DNA of 64,000 nt from an uncultured Chthonomonadaceae bacterium (GCA_963817895.1 CAWFQB010000014.1:128001-192000), one strand, 5' to 3'. Positions 17,871 through 27,510 are shown, counted from the stretch's first letter. Notes: generated by a model from the letters alone, not told the origin. Translations and numbers: made by a program.

Positions 17871-19297
17871 CTAAATTTTAATGGAAGCGGGTTTGCGAAG
17901 CGTGGAAAGTTCCGGCGCGTCGCGACCTATGAGCGTGTCCAGAGTCCAGTCAAGCAGGATGCGGACGCGCTGGCCCATACCGGGCATTTTGGCGAGATAG
18001 ATGACGCGCCACATCGCCCATGCCGTGATACCGGAAAATCTCATGCCGTACACTTCGGCCACGCCGCTGCGCTTGCCCACAATCGCGAGTTCGCCGATGG
18101 GCGTGTATTCAAATGGCTGTGGCGCTTCGCCGCGCAGCACGGCGACGATGTTGCGGGCCGCCTGCGCTCCCTCGCGCTGCGCGTTCTGGGCGGTGGGCGC
18201 GTAGGTTTTGTCTTCGTCCGGCATCGGCACTTCCGCGCAATCGCCCACCGCCCACACGCCCGGATGATCGGGAACCGCGCAGCAGGCGTCTACAACAATC
18301 CCTTTGTGTTTGCCGACTTTCACGCCCAATGTTTCCACAACCGGATCGGGCGTAACGCCGCCTGCCCATATCAGCGTATGCGTTTCCACTCGTTCCCCGT
18401 TTTCAAACTTGATGTAGTCTTCCCCGGCTTCGGCAAGCGTGGTGTTCAGGCGCACTTCCACGCCGCGCTGTTCCAATTTTTCCTGCGCGTAGGCCGCAAG
18501 ATCGGCGGCGGACAATTCCATCATCAGGCGGTCGGCTGTCTCGAACAGCAGAATATGAACGTCTTCCTGAAGCAGGTTGGGGTAATCGGGCAGGTGGTCG
18601 CGCACAAGGTCATTGATAGCGGCAATGGTTTCCACGCCCGTATACCCGCCGCCGCCCACAACAATGGTGAGCAGGGCGTGTCGCAGTTTCTCATCTTGTT
18701 CTGTGTTTGCGCGTTCCAGAACGGCAAGGACGCGCTTACGAATGGCGGCGGCCTCTTCCAGCGTTTTGTTGGTCAGACTGTGTTCTTTCAAACCCGGAAT
18801 GTCGTAATAGTGGGGAACCGAACCGACGGCAATCACAAGCTGATCGAAGGGCAGTGAACGTGCTGATTTGAGGCAGGCCGTTTTCACTATCGCCAACCGT
18901 AAGAGTGACGCATTTCCCGGCAAGGTCAATATTCGCGATACGGCCCTGAATAAACTCGATACGCGGAGATAGATCGCGCAGAGGGCGAACAATGTGATGC
19001 GTGTCCACTTGCCCCCCCGTAACTTCGGTCAGCATGGGCGTGAACAGGGAGTAGTTGTTTTGGTCTACAAGCGTAATCGTGGCGTCTTCATCATTGGGCA
19101 GGAGAGTGGCAAGCTGATCCGCGACGTTCGTGCCGGCAAATCCTCCGCCCAAGAATCACGATATGCTGATTGCGCTGTAGTGTTTGGTTACGCTGCTGAA
19201 TGGAAGCGCGTTTGAGCAGCGTATAGGCCGCGTAAGCCCCGGCAATGCCAATGCCTGCAAGCGCTGCTGTTGCCAGTGAGGTCAAATACTTATCCAT
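17871..19297 (-). CDS. Type II NADH dehydrogenase-like FAD oxidoreductase (two indels)
   Basis: Three consecutive fragments carry an N-terminal anchor with HIVILG/GGGFAG, then FTPMLTEV, then VVGGGGYTGVE, LIWAGGV, WAVGDCA, PTAQNA.REG and WRVIYLAKMPG. Confidence 0.88.
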
Positions 19298-19356
19298 GTT
19301 TCGAGTGGCTCATTTTGATCTCCAATTTTGTGTCTGTAATGTTCCTTTTGACGGTG

Positions 19357-20607
19357 TTATGTCAGGACTTCTTCTTCGTCGCTGCCGTGAATGAGCCAGG
19401 GTTCGGTGGGGACGCTCAGGCTGAAGCTTCCCGTCGGCAGCAGGCCGCGCCAGTTTTGAATCAGTTCGCGATAGGCTTTACCGACCGGGCGTATTTTGCG
19501 ATCCAGATCGTAAAGGCCGAGCGGATTGACGTTGCCATCGTCATAGCGCAGGGCGCTGTCCCAATCCACCTGATCGGTCAGGCTGTACCAGGTAAAGCCG
19601 ATGATAGGAACGCCGTCCTGCCGCAGCCGGAACAGGTTGGCCCACTGCTTTTGCAGCCAATCGGGGGCGCGTTCCGAATCGCCGAGATTGGTTTCCGTGT
19701 GCATGACGGGCAGACGATAGCGGGAGAAATACTGGCAGGTAATCACGTAGTACCCGAAGATTTCGCCCGCAGCGGACCAGGTTCCGTCCTGATGCACCAT
19801 GTGTTCATTAGTGTAATAGTAGTCGTTGCCCATCACGCAACTTGCTTTGACGTGGTTACGCCCGAACCAGGCATACTCTTCCCGCGTCCAGCCGTGATCT
19901 AGCAGATACTCGTACATGGTGACATTCAGCGGATAGCCGTAGGTGAGGTCGAGCGAAAGGAACCGTTTTTCGTTCAGCACTTTGCACTGATAGAGGCAAT
20001 CGGGGTGTTCGGGATGGAAATACTCGGACGACTCGCTTTGTATGAAAATGGCGTCGCGCCGGACTTCCAAAATGGCGCGCATGGCAAGCACATTGGCCTT
20101 GCACAGGTGTTTGAGCGCGGTACAGAAATCCCGGTCACTGGAAAGACACTCGTTCCACCAGCCATATTGCGCGGAGAAACGTTGCCGCAATGAATATCTC
20201 ATTGACAGGCGTGTAGTACTTTACCCAGGGGAAACGCTTTGCAAATGCGCGGGCATAATCGGCGAACAATTCGGGCCAATCGGGGTTTTGGAAGTTGCCG
20301 ATCCAATCGGGGACACCGAAATGGCAAAGGTCTACGATGGGAGAGATACGCAGTCTGTTTCAGCGCGTTGAAAGTGTCGTCGGCAAAACTCCAGTCGTAT
20401 TTGTCCGCGCCGAGGTGCGTGGTGTGCAGGGGAGGGCCATAGCGCAGAGTGCTGGATGCCCATGTCTTTGACAAGCGCGAAATCTTCTTTCCAGCGTTGG
20501 TAATGGCCGCACTTTTCCATTTCATCCACGCGCTTTGTGGTTCCGTCGGGCAGTTGAATAGTGGGATAGCTGTTTTCGATTCCGGTGGCAAACATAAACT
20601 GCGACAT
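19357..20607 (-). CDS. Glycoside hydrolase family 1-like protein (several indels)
   Basis: Motifs MSQFMFATGIENS, GHYQRWKEDFAL, LRYGPPLH, GNDYY..NE, LPVMHTETN, GFTWYSLTDQVDW and NPLGLYDLDR. Confidence 0.85.
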
Positions 20608-20657
20608 AATGCGCTCCGAAAAAATATGAAAGAATGTGATAACAAATTTCATAAGAA

Positions 20658-20695
20658 AGCGGCGATGAAGTGTTTATGCAACATTCATCGCCGCT
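20658..20695. terminator. Hairpin / probable terminator
   Basis: 12-bp stem AGCGGCGATGAA / TTCATCGCCGCT downstream of the HD-GYP gene on the minus strand. Confidence 0.55.
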
Positions 20696-20801
20696 ATAAA
20701 AGGGTGTCGTCCCGCGTATCCTACGATCATGGCAGGGGAACCTGGAATCAACGCCTGCGTGTGAAAAGACGGGGCGCAAATGGTTTGGGTTCCCGAAAGA
20801 T

Positions 20802-22582
20802 TTATGCCGCTCGTAGTTCTATGTCCGCGTACTCTACTCGACTTGGCTTCCGCAGCATATTGAGAAAGGCGGTCACAACATCGGGGGCAAAGTGCGTTCC
20901 GGCATGCTCCTGCAAGTAGGCGCGGACGCGGTGTTCCGGCCACCCCTGGCGGTAAGGACGGTCGGAGCGCAGAGCGTCCCATACATCCACGACCGCGAAC
21001 AATCGGGCAGCAAGTGGGATATTCTCTCCTTTTAAGCCCTGTGGATAGCCCGTGCCGTCCCATTTTTCATGGTGGCAGTGGGGAATGGCAAGCGCGGAGT
21101 GAAGAAAGGCGATGGGCGACAGCATCTCGTAGGCAAGCGAGGGATGGCGGCGCATGATTTCCCATTCTGACTCGTCCAGCGGCCCCGGCTTGCGCAGGAT
21201 GTTGTCGGGAATGCCCATTTTGCCGATGTCGTGCAGCAGCGCGCCCCAGCGGATATAGACGAACTGCATCTCATCCAGTCCCATGCGCCTCGCCAATTTC
21301 ATTGTCATTTCCGTTACTCGTTCGCTGTGTCCCTCCGTTTCTTTGTCGCGCAAATCCAAAATCTGTGACCAGCCCTGTATGGTGGCGTCGTACACTTTGC
21401 GCAGGGTTTCATCCAGCGTGGGAACGGTTGTTAGAGGGAGCCGAGATAGCGGGCATCTCTCCGGTCAGTTCAAAATCGTAATCATCGGCGTGGGTGAAAC
21501 AGTTTCGGCCAAGCGTTTTGGAACGATACAGAGCCTTGTCCGCCAGCGCGATCAGTTCCGAGCAGGAGGGGATAAGGTCATTGACCGTCGCCACGCCGAA
21601 ACTTGCGGTTACGGCGCGTTCCGGCCAGTAGGCGGTTTCAATGGCGATGCGGAACCGTTCGGCGGCTTCCCGCGCTCCCGTCGCGTCAGTTTCCGGCAGA
21701 ATGGCGACAAACTCTTCACCCCCGTAGCGGGCCAAAAAATCCGTATTGCGGGCAGTTCCAAGAAAAATAGCGGCCACACGTTTGAGGACAATATCTCCTG
21801 CGGGGTGACCAAAGGTGTCGTTGTACTGCTTGAATTTGTCCACATCCAATAGAACCAGTGATAGAGGCGTATGGTAGCGCTTGCTGCGTTCAAACTCCGT
21901 CACCAGTCGTTCCTGAAAAGCGCGGTGGTTTTTCAGGTCGGTAAGGCCGTCGGTTGTGGCCTGCGTTTGCAGCAGCATGTTGGCCTGATGCAGTTTTGAA
22001 TTGGCGATGGCGAGCTCCACGCGCTGGGCTTCTAATTCAACGTAAGCGTCATTGACGCTGCGTTATTGAAAGTTCGATTTGCTCCTGAAACCAGATACGT
22101 TCGGTGATGTCTGTATGGGAACCCGCAAGATGGCAGGGCTTGCCGTCGGCATCGCGCTGCACGGCCCCGCGCAATAAAATCCAGCGATAGGTTCCATTTT
22201 TGTGCCTCAGCCGGAACTCGACATCGAAGTTAAAAGCCTGACTTTGCAGATACTCTTTAATAGAATCAAATACGCCCGTCCGGTCTTCCTCATGGATATG
22301 TTCGGTCCAGGCTTCTACGTCATTGGGAAATTCGTGGTCTTCATACCCGATGATGCTTTTGCAGCGGGCGGAGAGATAACAGGTATTCGTTACAAGGTTC
22401 CAGTCCCATAGCCCGTCCTGCGAACCACGCATTGCCAGCGTATAGCGGGCTTCGGTTTCATGCAGGGCGCTTTCCGCCTGTTTGCGCCGCGCCAATTCTG
22501 CCTGCCACTTATGCGCGGAAGGGCATACTCGTGGCCGAAGGGTTTGGACAGGCTTCTGTTGCCGAGATGAAAAACCGCGCAA
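20802..22582 (-). CDS. PAS-GGDEF-HD-GYP cyclic-di-GMP signalling protein (probably one gene with two indels)
   Basis: PAS/PAC (DGLWDWN..HEED..FRLRHKNGTYRW..GSHTDITER) at 22049-22582. GGDEF domain (DGLT.L.N, DVDKFKQYND.FGH, RNTD I-site, RYGGEEF) at 21409-22020. HD-GYP (HDIGK, HHEKWDGTGYP) at 20802-21395. The linkers continue in an adjacent frame across each break. Confidence 0.85.
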
Positions 22583-22748
22583 ATTAATCCTCCTCCGAGA
22601 ATGCTAAACCAGTTTTGCTATATGCGCGGAGCAAGCGAAAATAGCCCTCAACCCAAAGCATTTTTCCGGGTATTGAAAATACCCGTCTGAGTGGCGTTCC
22701 GCCAAGCGTCCTTTGGACGCGATTCACTGCAAAACAAGCATTTGCGGG

Positions 22749-22780
22749 CGTAGGAGGACATAACATGTTATGTCGCTACG
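22749..22780. repeat. Isolated palindrome bounded by GTAG/CTAC (REP-like, or a binding site)
   Basis: CGTAG GAG GACATAACATGTTATGTC G CTACG, with an 18-bp perfect palindromic core. Confidence 0.5.
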
Positions 22781-22984
22781 CCGCAGGCCATAGAGACAGG
22801 GGTTGAAAACCCCTGTCAAGAATGTGTTCGGTAGTGAAGTGAAAATCTAATATTGCATCGAATGTATGTATATTCGGACTGAGGAGGGGTGTTTTGGAGA
22901 GGAAGCGCCGATGTGCAACGATTTTTGTTGTTTTAGATGTTTGCAGACTGATGCGTTTGCAAATTCTTGTTCGCGTCGGCAACA

Positions 22985-23024
22985 AAATGGGCAGACCGAA
23001 ACCTGCGTTTCCCTCTGCCCATTT
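22985..23024 (-). terminator. Probable terminator of the RNA ligase operon
   Basis: Stem AAATGGGCAGA / TCTGCCCATTT about 30 nt after the ligase stop, with a U-rich tail on the minus strand. Confidence 0.6.
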
Positions 23025-23960
23025 GATTCATCAAGCGCGAATTTTATTTTGTGGCTATACGTCGTGGGTGTCCCGCTCCGCGCTTTTGGAGAACAGGTAG
23101 GCATCGCCGATGTACTTCATGGCGACGCGGCCCACTTTGGGATCAACCCGCTCAATGATGGGCTTGACGACAACGCCCTCGCGTATGTGCGCGTCATCAA
23201 GGGTGGTTCCGCCCTCCGACAGCAGTTTGACGGTGTTCAGGTCGTACTCTCCCCGGAATAGAACCGGCACGGTTTCCACGCCATGACGGGCGCAGGCTTG
23301 CAGGAAATCATCCGGGTTCAGGTACTTGCCATCCACGAGCAGATCGAACGCGCGAAATCCCAGTTTGCCTTTGTGTCCATAATGCAAGTCCTGAATTTTG
23401 GAGCCGAATACTTCCCCGAAGAGAACCACCTGCCGATGTTCCGCGCCGAACTCTTCGAGCAGAGCGCGTACCGGCGTGAGAGACAGCGGAAACCAATAGG
23501 TGCTGCTTGCCCATTGCGCCTGTTCTTCGGGCGGCTTGCGGCGAACGCTCATGGAACCGGCCATCCATTCGCCTTCTATTAGGCTTACCCTACAGTTGCT
23601 TCCATGGATTTTCTCGGTAACAACGACTTCCTCGCCCGCCGTCAGCACATCGGGGAAGTTGCGCAGGTTTTCGACATCCGTGTATTCCACGAGCAGCGGA
23701 TGCGGCGGCAGAGCGTCGCCCGCAGTCGGCTTAAGCGGCGGAATGTACTTGGTAATCCCGTAGTAGGCTTTTACATCCTCGCCCTCCGTCCATTCGGGAT
23801 TTTCCACATCAATCAGAACGCCGAAAGAGGGTTCGCCGCGCAATCGGGCGCAGCGAACTCGTCCGGCAGGCGGTTCGGGCGCGTCGGGGCCGGTACGAAC
23901 GGAAAGATATTTGGTAATGTTCCATTTGTCGGCGTGTTCGAGCGGAATCAGGCTGTCAAT

Positions 23961-25024
23961 AGATACTCCGACAAATAGTATATAGGCTGTTTTGAGGCAG
24001 GCTAGCGCTCAGGTGGAGCAGACACACTCCACCCGTCGAAAACCCTTTTTCCGCGTTTACTTTTCCCGGCTTACGCGCCTTGCGGCTCGCGTGTCAGCGC
24101 GATCAATTGCACCAGACCCACCACACAGAAGCAAGTGCGACGGAACAATCCCGTCGCCAGACGATATTCATCACGCACCATCCGAAACGCTTTGACGCGC
24201 CGGATACTATGTTCGACACGCACACGCCCTGAGGAAAAGGCGCGGTTCTCTTCTTTCTGCACAGCGCTCAACGCGCCTCCGCGTGGCTTCTTGTGCGGCA
24301 CTTCGCTGTGGGGTAAGCCTTGATAGGCCAGATCGCCTTTGACCGTCGCATGGGGAAACTGCTTGGCAACCGTACTCTGCTCATGCACTTTCTTGTCCGA
24401 CTTCGGGCCGCGATAGCCCGCATCCACATCAAGAATGTCGCCATTGCGGTTGGTGATGACCTCGGTCTTGAGCGTGTGGTCTTTCTTCTTGCCCGAGTAG
24501 AAGGCGCGTTGCTTGGGTTCAATCGAGGGACGCGGAACCGGCGTCTCGAAACTATCCACAATCACCTGATCCACCTCCTCGGGCTTCCAGGAGGGTTCTT
24601 TCTTGGTCCAGCGTTTCTCCGCTTCCCAGCGGTTGGCCGGACACACGTCTTTGAGGACGCCGACAATCTCATGGAAGGTGTTCTCCGCCACATCGGCGCT
24701 GACGCCAAACAGCATGCCCACCACAGAGAAGGCGACGTTGTGGCGCAGGTACAGCAGCGTCAGCAACACTTCCTGGTAGGGCTTGAGCAGGCGTTTGCGG
24801 CCGCCTCCCACCTTGCGGCGGCGCGTGGGCTTGTTGGCCTGTTCTTGTTGGCGACGGCGCTCGATTTCGGGAAGCGCTGCCAGGAAGAGTTCAGCTAAGG
24901 CGGCGTGGGGTAGTCCGAAGAGCGAACGGACTTTGTTTTCGGGATAGCGGCCAAGTTCGTGAAGGTTCATACGTCTATTCTACCCGCGCCAAGAATAAAT
25001 CCAAACTTATTTGTCGGAGTATCT
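23961..25024 (-). mobile_element. Insertion sequence, IS5 family (ISL2-like), 1064 bp
   Basis: Perfect 17-bp TIR AGATACTCCGACAAATA (23961-23977) / TATTTGTCGGAGTATCT (25008-25024). AAT is duplicated at 23958-23960 and 25025-25027. Confidence 0.92.
24071..24970 (-). CDS. DDE transposase (HTH_Tnp_4 + DDE_Tnp_4 type)
   Basis: 299 aa, intact. Motifs GGGRK..L, LLTLLYLRH, IVDSFE.PV.RP, YSGKKK.HT.K, GDLAYQG and RVRVEH.I...K.FR. Confidence 0.92.
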   Translation of the reverse strand: MNLHELGRYPENKVRSLFGLPHAALAELFLAALPEIERRRQQEQANKPTRRRKVGGGRKRLLKPYQEVLLTLLYLRHNVAFSVVGMLFGVSADVAENTFHEIVGVLKDVCPANRWEAEKRWTKKEPSWKPEEVDQVIVDSFETPVPRPSIEPKQRAFYSGKKKDHTLKTEVITNRNGDILDVDAGYRGPKSDKKVHEQSTVAKQFPHATVKGDLAYQGLPHSEVPHKKPRGGALSAVQKEENRAFSSGRVRVEHSIRRVKAFRMVRDEYRLATGLFRRTCFCVVGLVQLIALTREPQGA

Positions 25025-25206
25025 AATGGGTATGTACGTGACCAGACTGCCCGCCTGATATTTGCCTTTGGGAATCACGCATTGCCAGCCCTTGATCTGG
25101 CACAATTCCAGCGCGTCGGCGTTGCCATGCGGCATCACGCGCTCAATCTTGCACACTTCTACAATGCACTCGGACATAGGTATACCCTCCAAAAATTACG
25201 TTGCTA

Positions 25207-25285
25207 TGAGAGTGGAGGGAATCGAACCCCCTTGCTTTCGCCGCAGGGTTACAGCCTGCTGCCCGACCATTTAGGCTTCACTCTC
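25207..25285 (-). tRNA. tRNA-Tyr(GTA), atypical
   Basis: GAGAGTG AA GCCT AAATGGTC GGGC A GCAGG CTGTAAC CCTGC GGCGAAAGCAA GGGGG TTCGATT CCCTC CACTCTC A. Has G1-C72, A73 and a short variable hairpin, but A instead of U at position 8. CCA is not encoded. Confidence 0.85.
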
Positions 25286-25300
25286 AGGAATCAGTTTAGC

Positions 25301-25327
25301 CGCGAATGAACGCGAATGAACGCGAAT
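25301..25327. repeat. Short 10-bp tandem repeat between the tRNAs
   Basis: CGCGAATGAA CGCGAATGAA CGCGAAT. Confidence 0.8.
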
Positions 25328-25403
25328 ATAGAATACAAATAGCAGAATAGCGACCGTGAACGGACTTGTCCCTGATACCTAACACCAAACACCTGATCTT
25401 TTA

Positions 25404-25478
25404 TGGAAGCGGTCGGAATCGAACCGACAACACGTACTGTGCGAAAGTACATCGCTGACCCTTAGGACATGCGCCCCC
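25404..25478 (-). tRNA. tRNA-Ala(CGC)-like, atypical
   Basis: GGGGGCG CA TGTCCTAAGGGTCAGCG A TGTACT TTCGCAC AGTACG TGTT GTCGG TTCGATT CCGAC CGCTTCC A. Has the G3-U70 Ala identity pair and A73, but C at position 8, a weak D-stem and an anticodon stem extendable to 6 bp. CCA is not encoded. Confidence 0.75.
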
Positions 25479-25505
25479 ATGTTTTTGTTGAAAATTCTCC
25501 ACATT

Positions 25506-25547
25506 AAAAACGAACTTCAGCCCGGTCTGAGGTTCCAGACCGGGCTG
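25506..25547 (-). terminator. Attenuator terminator hairpin upstream of the tRNAs
   Basis: Perfect 12-bp stem CAGCCCGGTCTG-GAACCT-CAGACCGGGCTG followed by AAGTTCGTTTTT on the minus strand. The U-tract is displaced by 7 nt. Confidence 0.7.
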
Positions 25548-25579
25548 CGCATTGTTGTCAGGGAATGAACAAATTTGCG

Positions 25580-25699
25580 TTAGTGTGGTTCTGGAAGGCG
25601 CGACGGAACAGTATACCCGGCGTAGGCATAGACTGCGGCCTGTGTATACGTGAGGCCGGTGCAGTCGGAATATGCGGTTGTTGCCGAATTGGTGTTCAT
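25580..25699 (-). CDS. Putative leader peptide (39 aa; 43 aa from the in-frame ATG at 25711)
   Basis: MNTNSATTAYSDCTGLTYTQAAVYAYAGYTVPSRLPEPH*, with 5 Tyr, 6 Ala and 7 Thr. It ends 32 nt before the terminator stem. No clear SD sequence. Below the ORF-track length cutoff. Confidence 0.6.
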   Translation of the reverse strand: MNTNSATTAYSDCTGLTYTQAAVYAYAGYTVPSRLPEPH

Positions 25700-25946
25700 G
25701 CGTTTAGTCATTTGAAAAAAGATTGTTGACGGAGCGCTATCAGGGTAATGTTAGCGATTTGCGCGCTTTCAGGCGTTCCACACGCATTGACAGCGGCGTT
25801 GTGGCGAAAGTTGCGCCGCAGGAAAAAACATTTGGCGACTTTTCCTGCCTCTCCCGCTTCAGATAACCGATAATACTACGAGAACCTTGTCGCATACGTG
25901 TCCACAAAGAACGTTGAAGGCGTGGGGGCTGGTGAAGGGAAAGTCC

Positions 25947-27491
25947 ATGAACAGGAATGGTATTGCGACAATGGGCGCGTTGTTCCAGAGACAAAGTGAG
26001 ATGGGGGAGCGCGTACATGTTTTTGATTGGTCGCAGACGCCTTTGGGACCAAGAGAAGCATGGCCGCAGAGTCTGAGCATGGCTGTCGGTATATGCCTCA
26101 ACAGCAACTTTCCCATGTTCGTCTGGTGGGGGCCAAAACTGATAAACATCTATAACGATGCGTATGCTCCCATTCTCGGACTTCGACACCCGGCAGCGCT
26201 CGGCAGACCGGCGCGAGAAATCTGGACGGATATATGGCCGGTGATTGAAGCCGATGTAGACTCGGTAATACATGGTGGGCAGGCTGTGTCCCATGAACGA
26301 GTGCGCTTCATAATGGAGCGCAACGGCTACCCGGAGGAGACATACTTCACCTACTCGCATAGCCCCATTCCTGACGAATACGGCGGGGTCGGCGGATTAT
26401 TTCAGGTGTGTACGGACGAAACCGCGCAGGTATTTGCCGAACGTGAACGCGACAAAATGGCCGCGCAGCGGCAACTGGCGCTGGACGCGGCCAATATGGG
26501 GTGGTGGCACTACGACCCGGAAACCAAAATTGCGGCGTGGGACGAACGGTACAAGGAAATCTTCGGGGTTGCGGATTTTCAGCGCCCCAATGAGGAGATA
26601 CTCGCGCGTATCCACCCGGACGATCTGCCCGGTGTCTGGTCCGCAGTGGAGGCGGCGCTCAATCCGCATGACCCGCAGCCCTACGCGGTTCAGTACCGCA
26701 TTTTTCGCGAGGAGAAGATACGCTGGATTGAGGCGCGGGGAATCGCCACTTTCGACGGTTTGGATACAGACCGACGGGCGACGAGTTTGGTGGGGACGGT
26801 GGCCGACATCACGGAGCGCAAACGCGCCGAAGAGGCGATGCTGGCGCGGAATCAGGAGATTGCAAGTCTGAACGCGCGGCTTACGCGAGCGATGAAAGAG
26901 ACGCACCACCGCGTTAAAAACAACCTGCAAGTAATCGCGGCCATGATTGATATGCAGGTGATGGAACATGAAAGCGAGCAGACGGTTCCCATCGAGGAAT
27001 TGATTCGGCTGAAAGCGCATGTGCATACGCTGGCGATTGTACATGACCTGCTGACCAAAGGCGTGAAGGAAGAGGAGGACGCGCAACGCGTTTCGACCCG
27101 AGCCGTGCTGGAAAAGCTGTTACCCATGCTGCAATGTACTGCCTGGAAGCAGACAGTACGCTATGCGGTAGACGAGGTAGGGCTTACTTCCAAACAGTGC
27201 ATTGCGCTTTCGCTTATCCTCACCGAACTGGTTTCCAACGCCCTAAAGCATGGCAGAAGGGAGGCGGAAGTATTTTTCAGAGTGGAAGGCCGGTATGCAA
27301 CACTCTCGGTCTATGACGATGGGGTAGGTTTTCCTGACGACTTTGATCCCAAAAAGGCCGCGAATACCGGACTGGAACTCGTCGGCAGTCTGGTTTGCGC
27401 TGACCTGCAAGGAACCCTTGTATTTGGCAACCAACCTACGGGCGGCGGATATGTCCGAGTTGTATTTCCGTTGCCGCCAGACGGAGAATAA
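25947..27491 (+). CDS. PAS-PAS sensor histidine kinase (HisKA_2/HWE-like)
   Basis: Motifs DWSQTPLGP...WPQSL, YNDAY..ILG.RHP, EETYFTYS.SPI, IHPDD, DITERK, H-box ETHHRVKNNLQVI, ELVSNALKHG, DDGVG and TGLELV. No cognate regulator adjacent. Confidence 0.92.
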   Translation: MNRNGIATMGALFQRQSEMGERVHVFDWSQTPLGPREAWPQSLSMAVGICLNSNFPMFVWWGPKLINIYNDAYAPILGLRHPAALGRPAREIWTDIWPVIEADVDSVIHGGQAVSHERVRFIMERNGYPEETYFTYSHSPIPDEYGGVGGLFQVCTDETAQVFAERERDKMAAQRQLALDAANMGWWHYDPETKIAAWDERYKEIFGVADFQRPNEEILARIHPDDLPGVWSAVEAALNPHDPQPYAVQYRIFREEKIRWIEARGIATFDGLDTDRRATSLVGTVADITERKRAEEAMLARNQEIASLNARLTRAMKETHHRVKNNLQVIAAMIDMQVMEHESEQTVPIEELIRLKAHVHTLAIVHDLLTKGVKEEEDAQRVSTRAVLEKLLPMLQCTAWKQTVRYAVDEVGLTSKQCIALSLILTELVSNALKHGRREAEVFFRVEGRYATLSVYDDGVGFPDDFDPKKAANTGLELVGSLVCADLQGTLVFGNQPTGGGYVRVVFPLPPDGE

Positions 27492-27510
27492 GAATTTCAA
27501 TTGCGCCTCT

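Larger units (their letters stand above)
23055..25177 (-). pseudogene. ATP-dependent RNA ligase, DRB0094/Rnl5 family, interrupted by an IS
   Basis: GGAGG RBS and ATG 25177 give MSECIVEVCKIERVMPHGNADALEL...VTYIP. The IS follows, then IDSLIP...RLRGEPSFG, motif I EKIHGSN, FGEVFG, FRAFDL, REGVVVKP and KYIG. Removing the IS and one AAT restores a single open frame. Confidence 0.9.

Noticed and set aside
25301..25327. Direct repeats between the tRNAs as a possible CRISPR array
   Set aside because: The 10-bp units are contiguous with no spacers, and there are no cas genes in the window.
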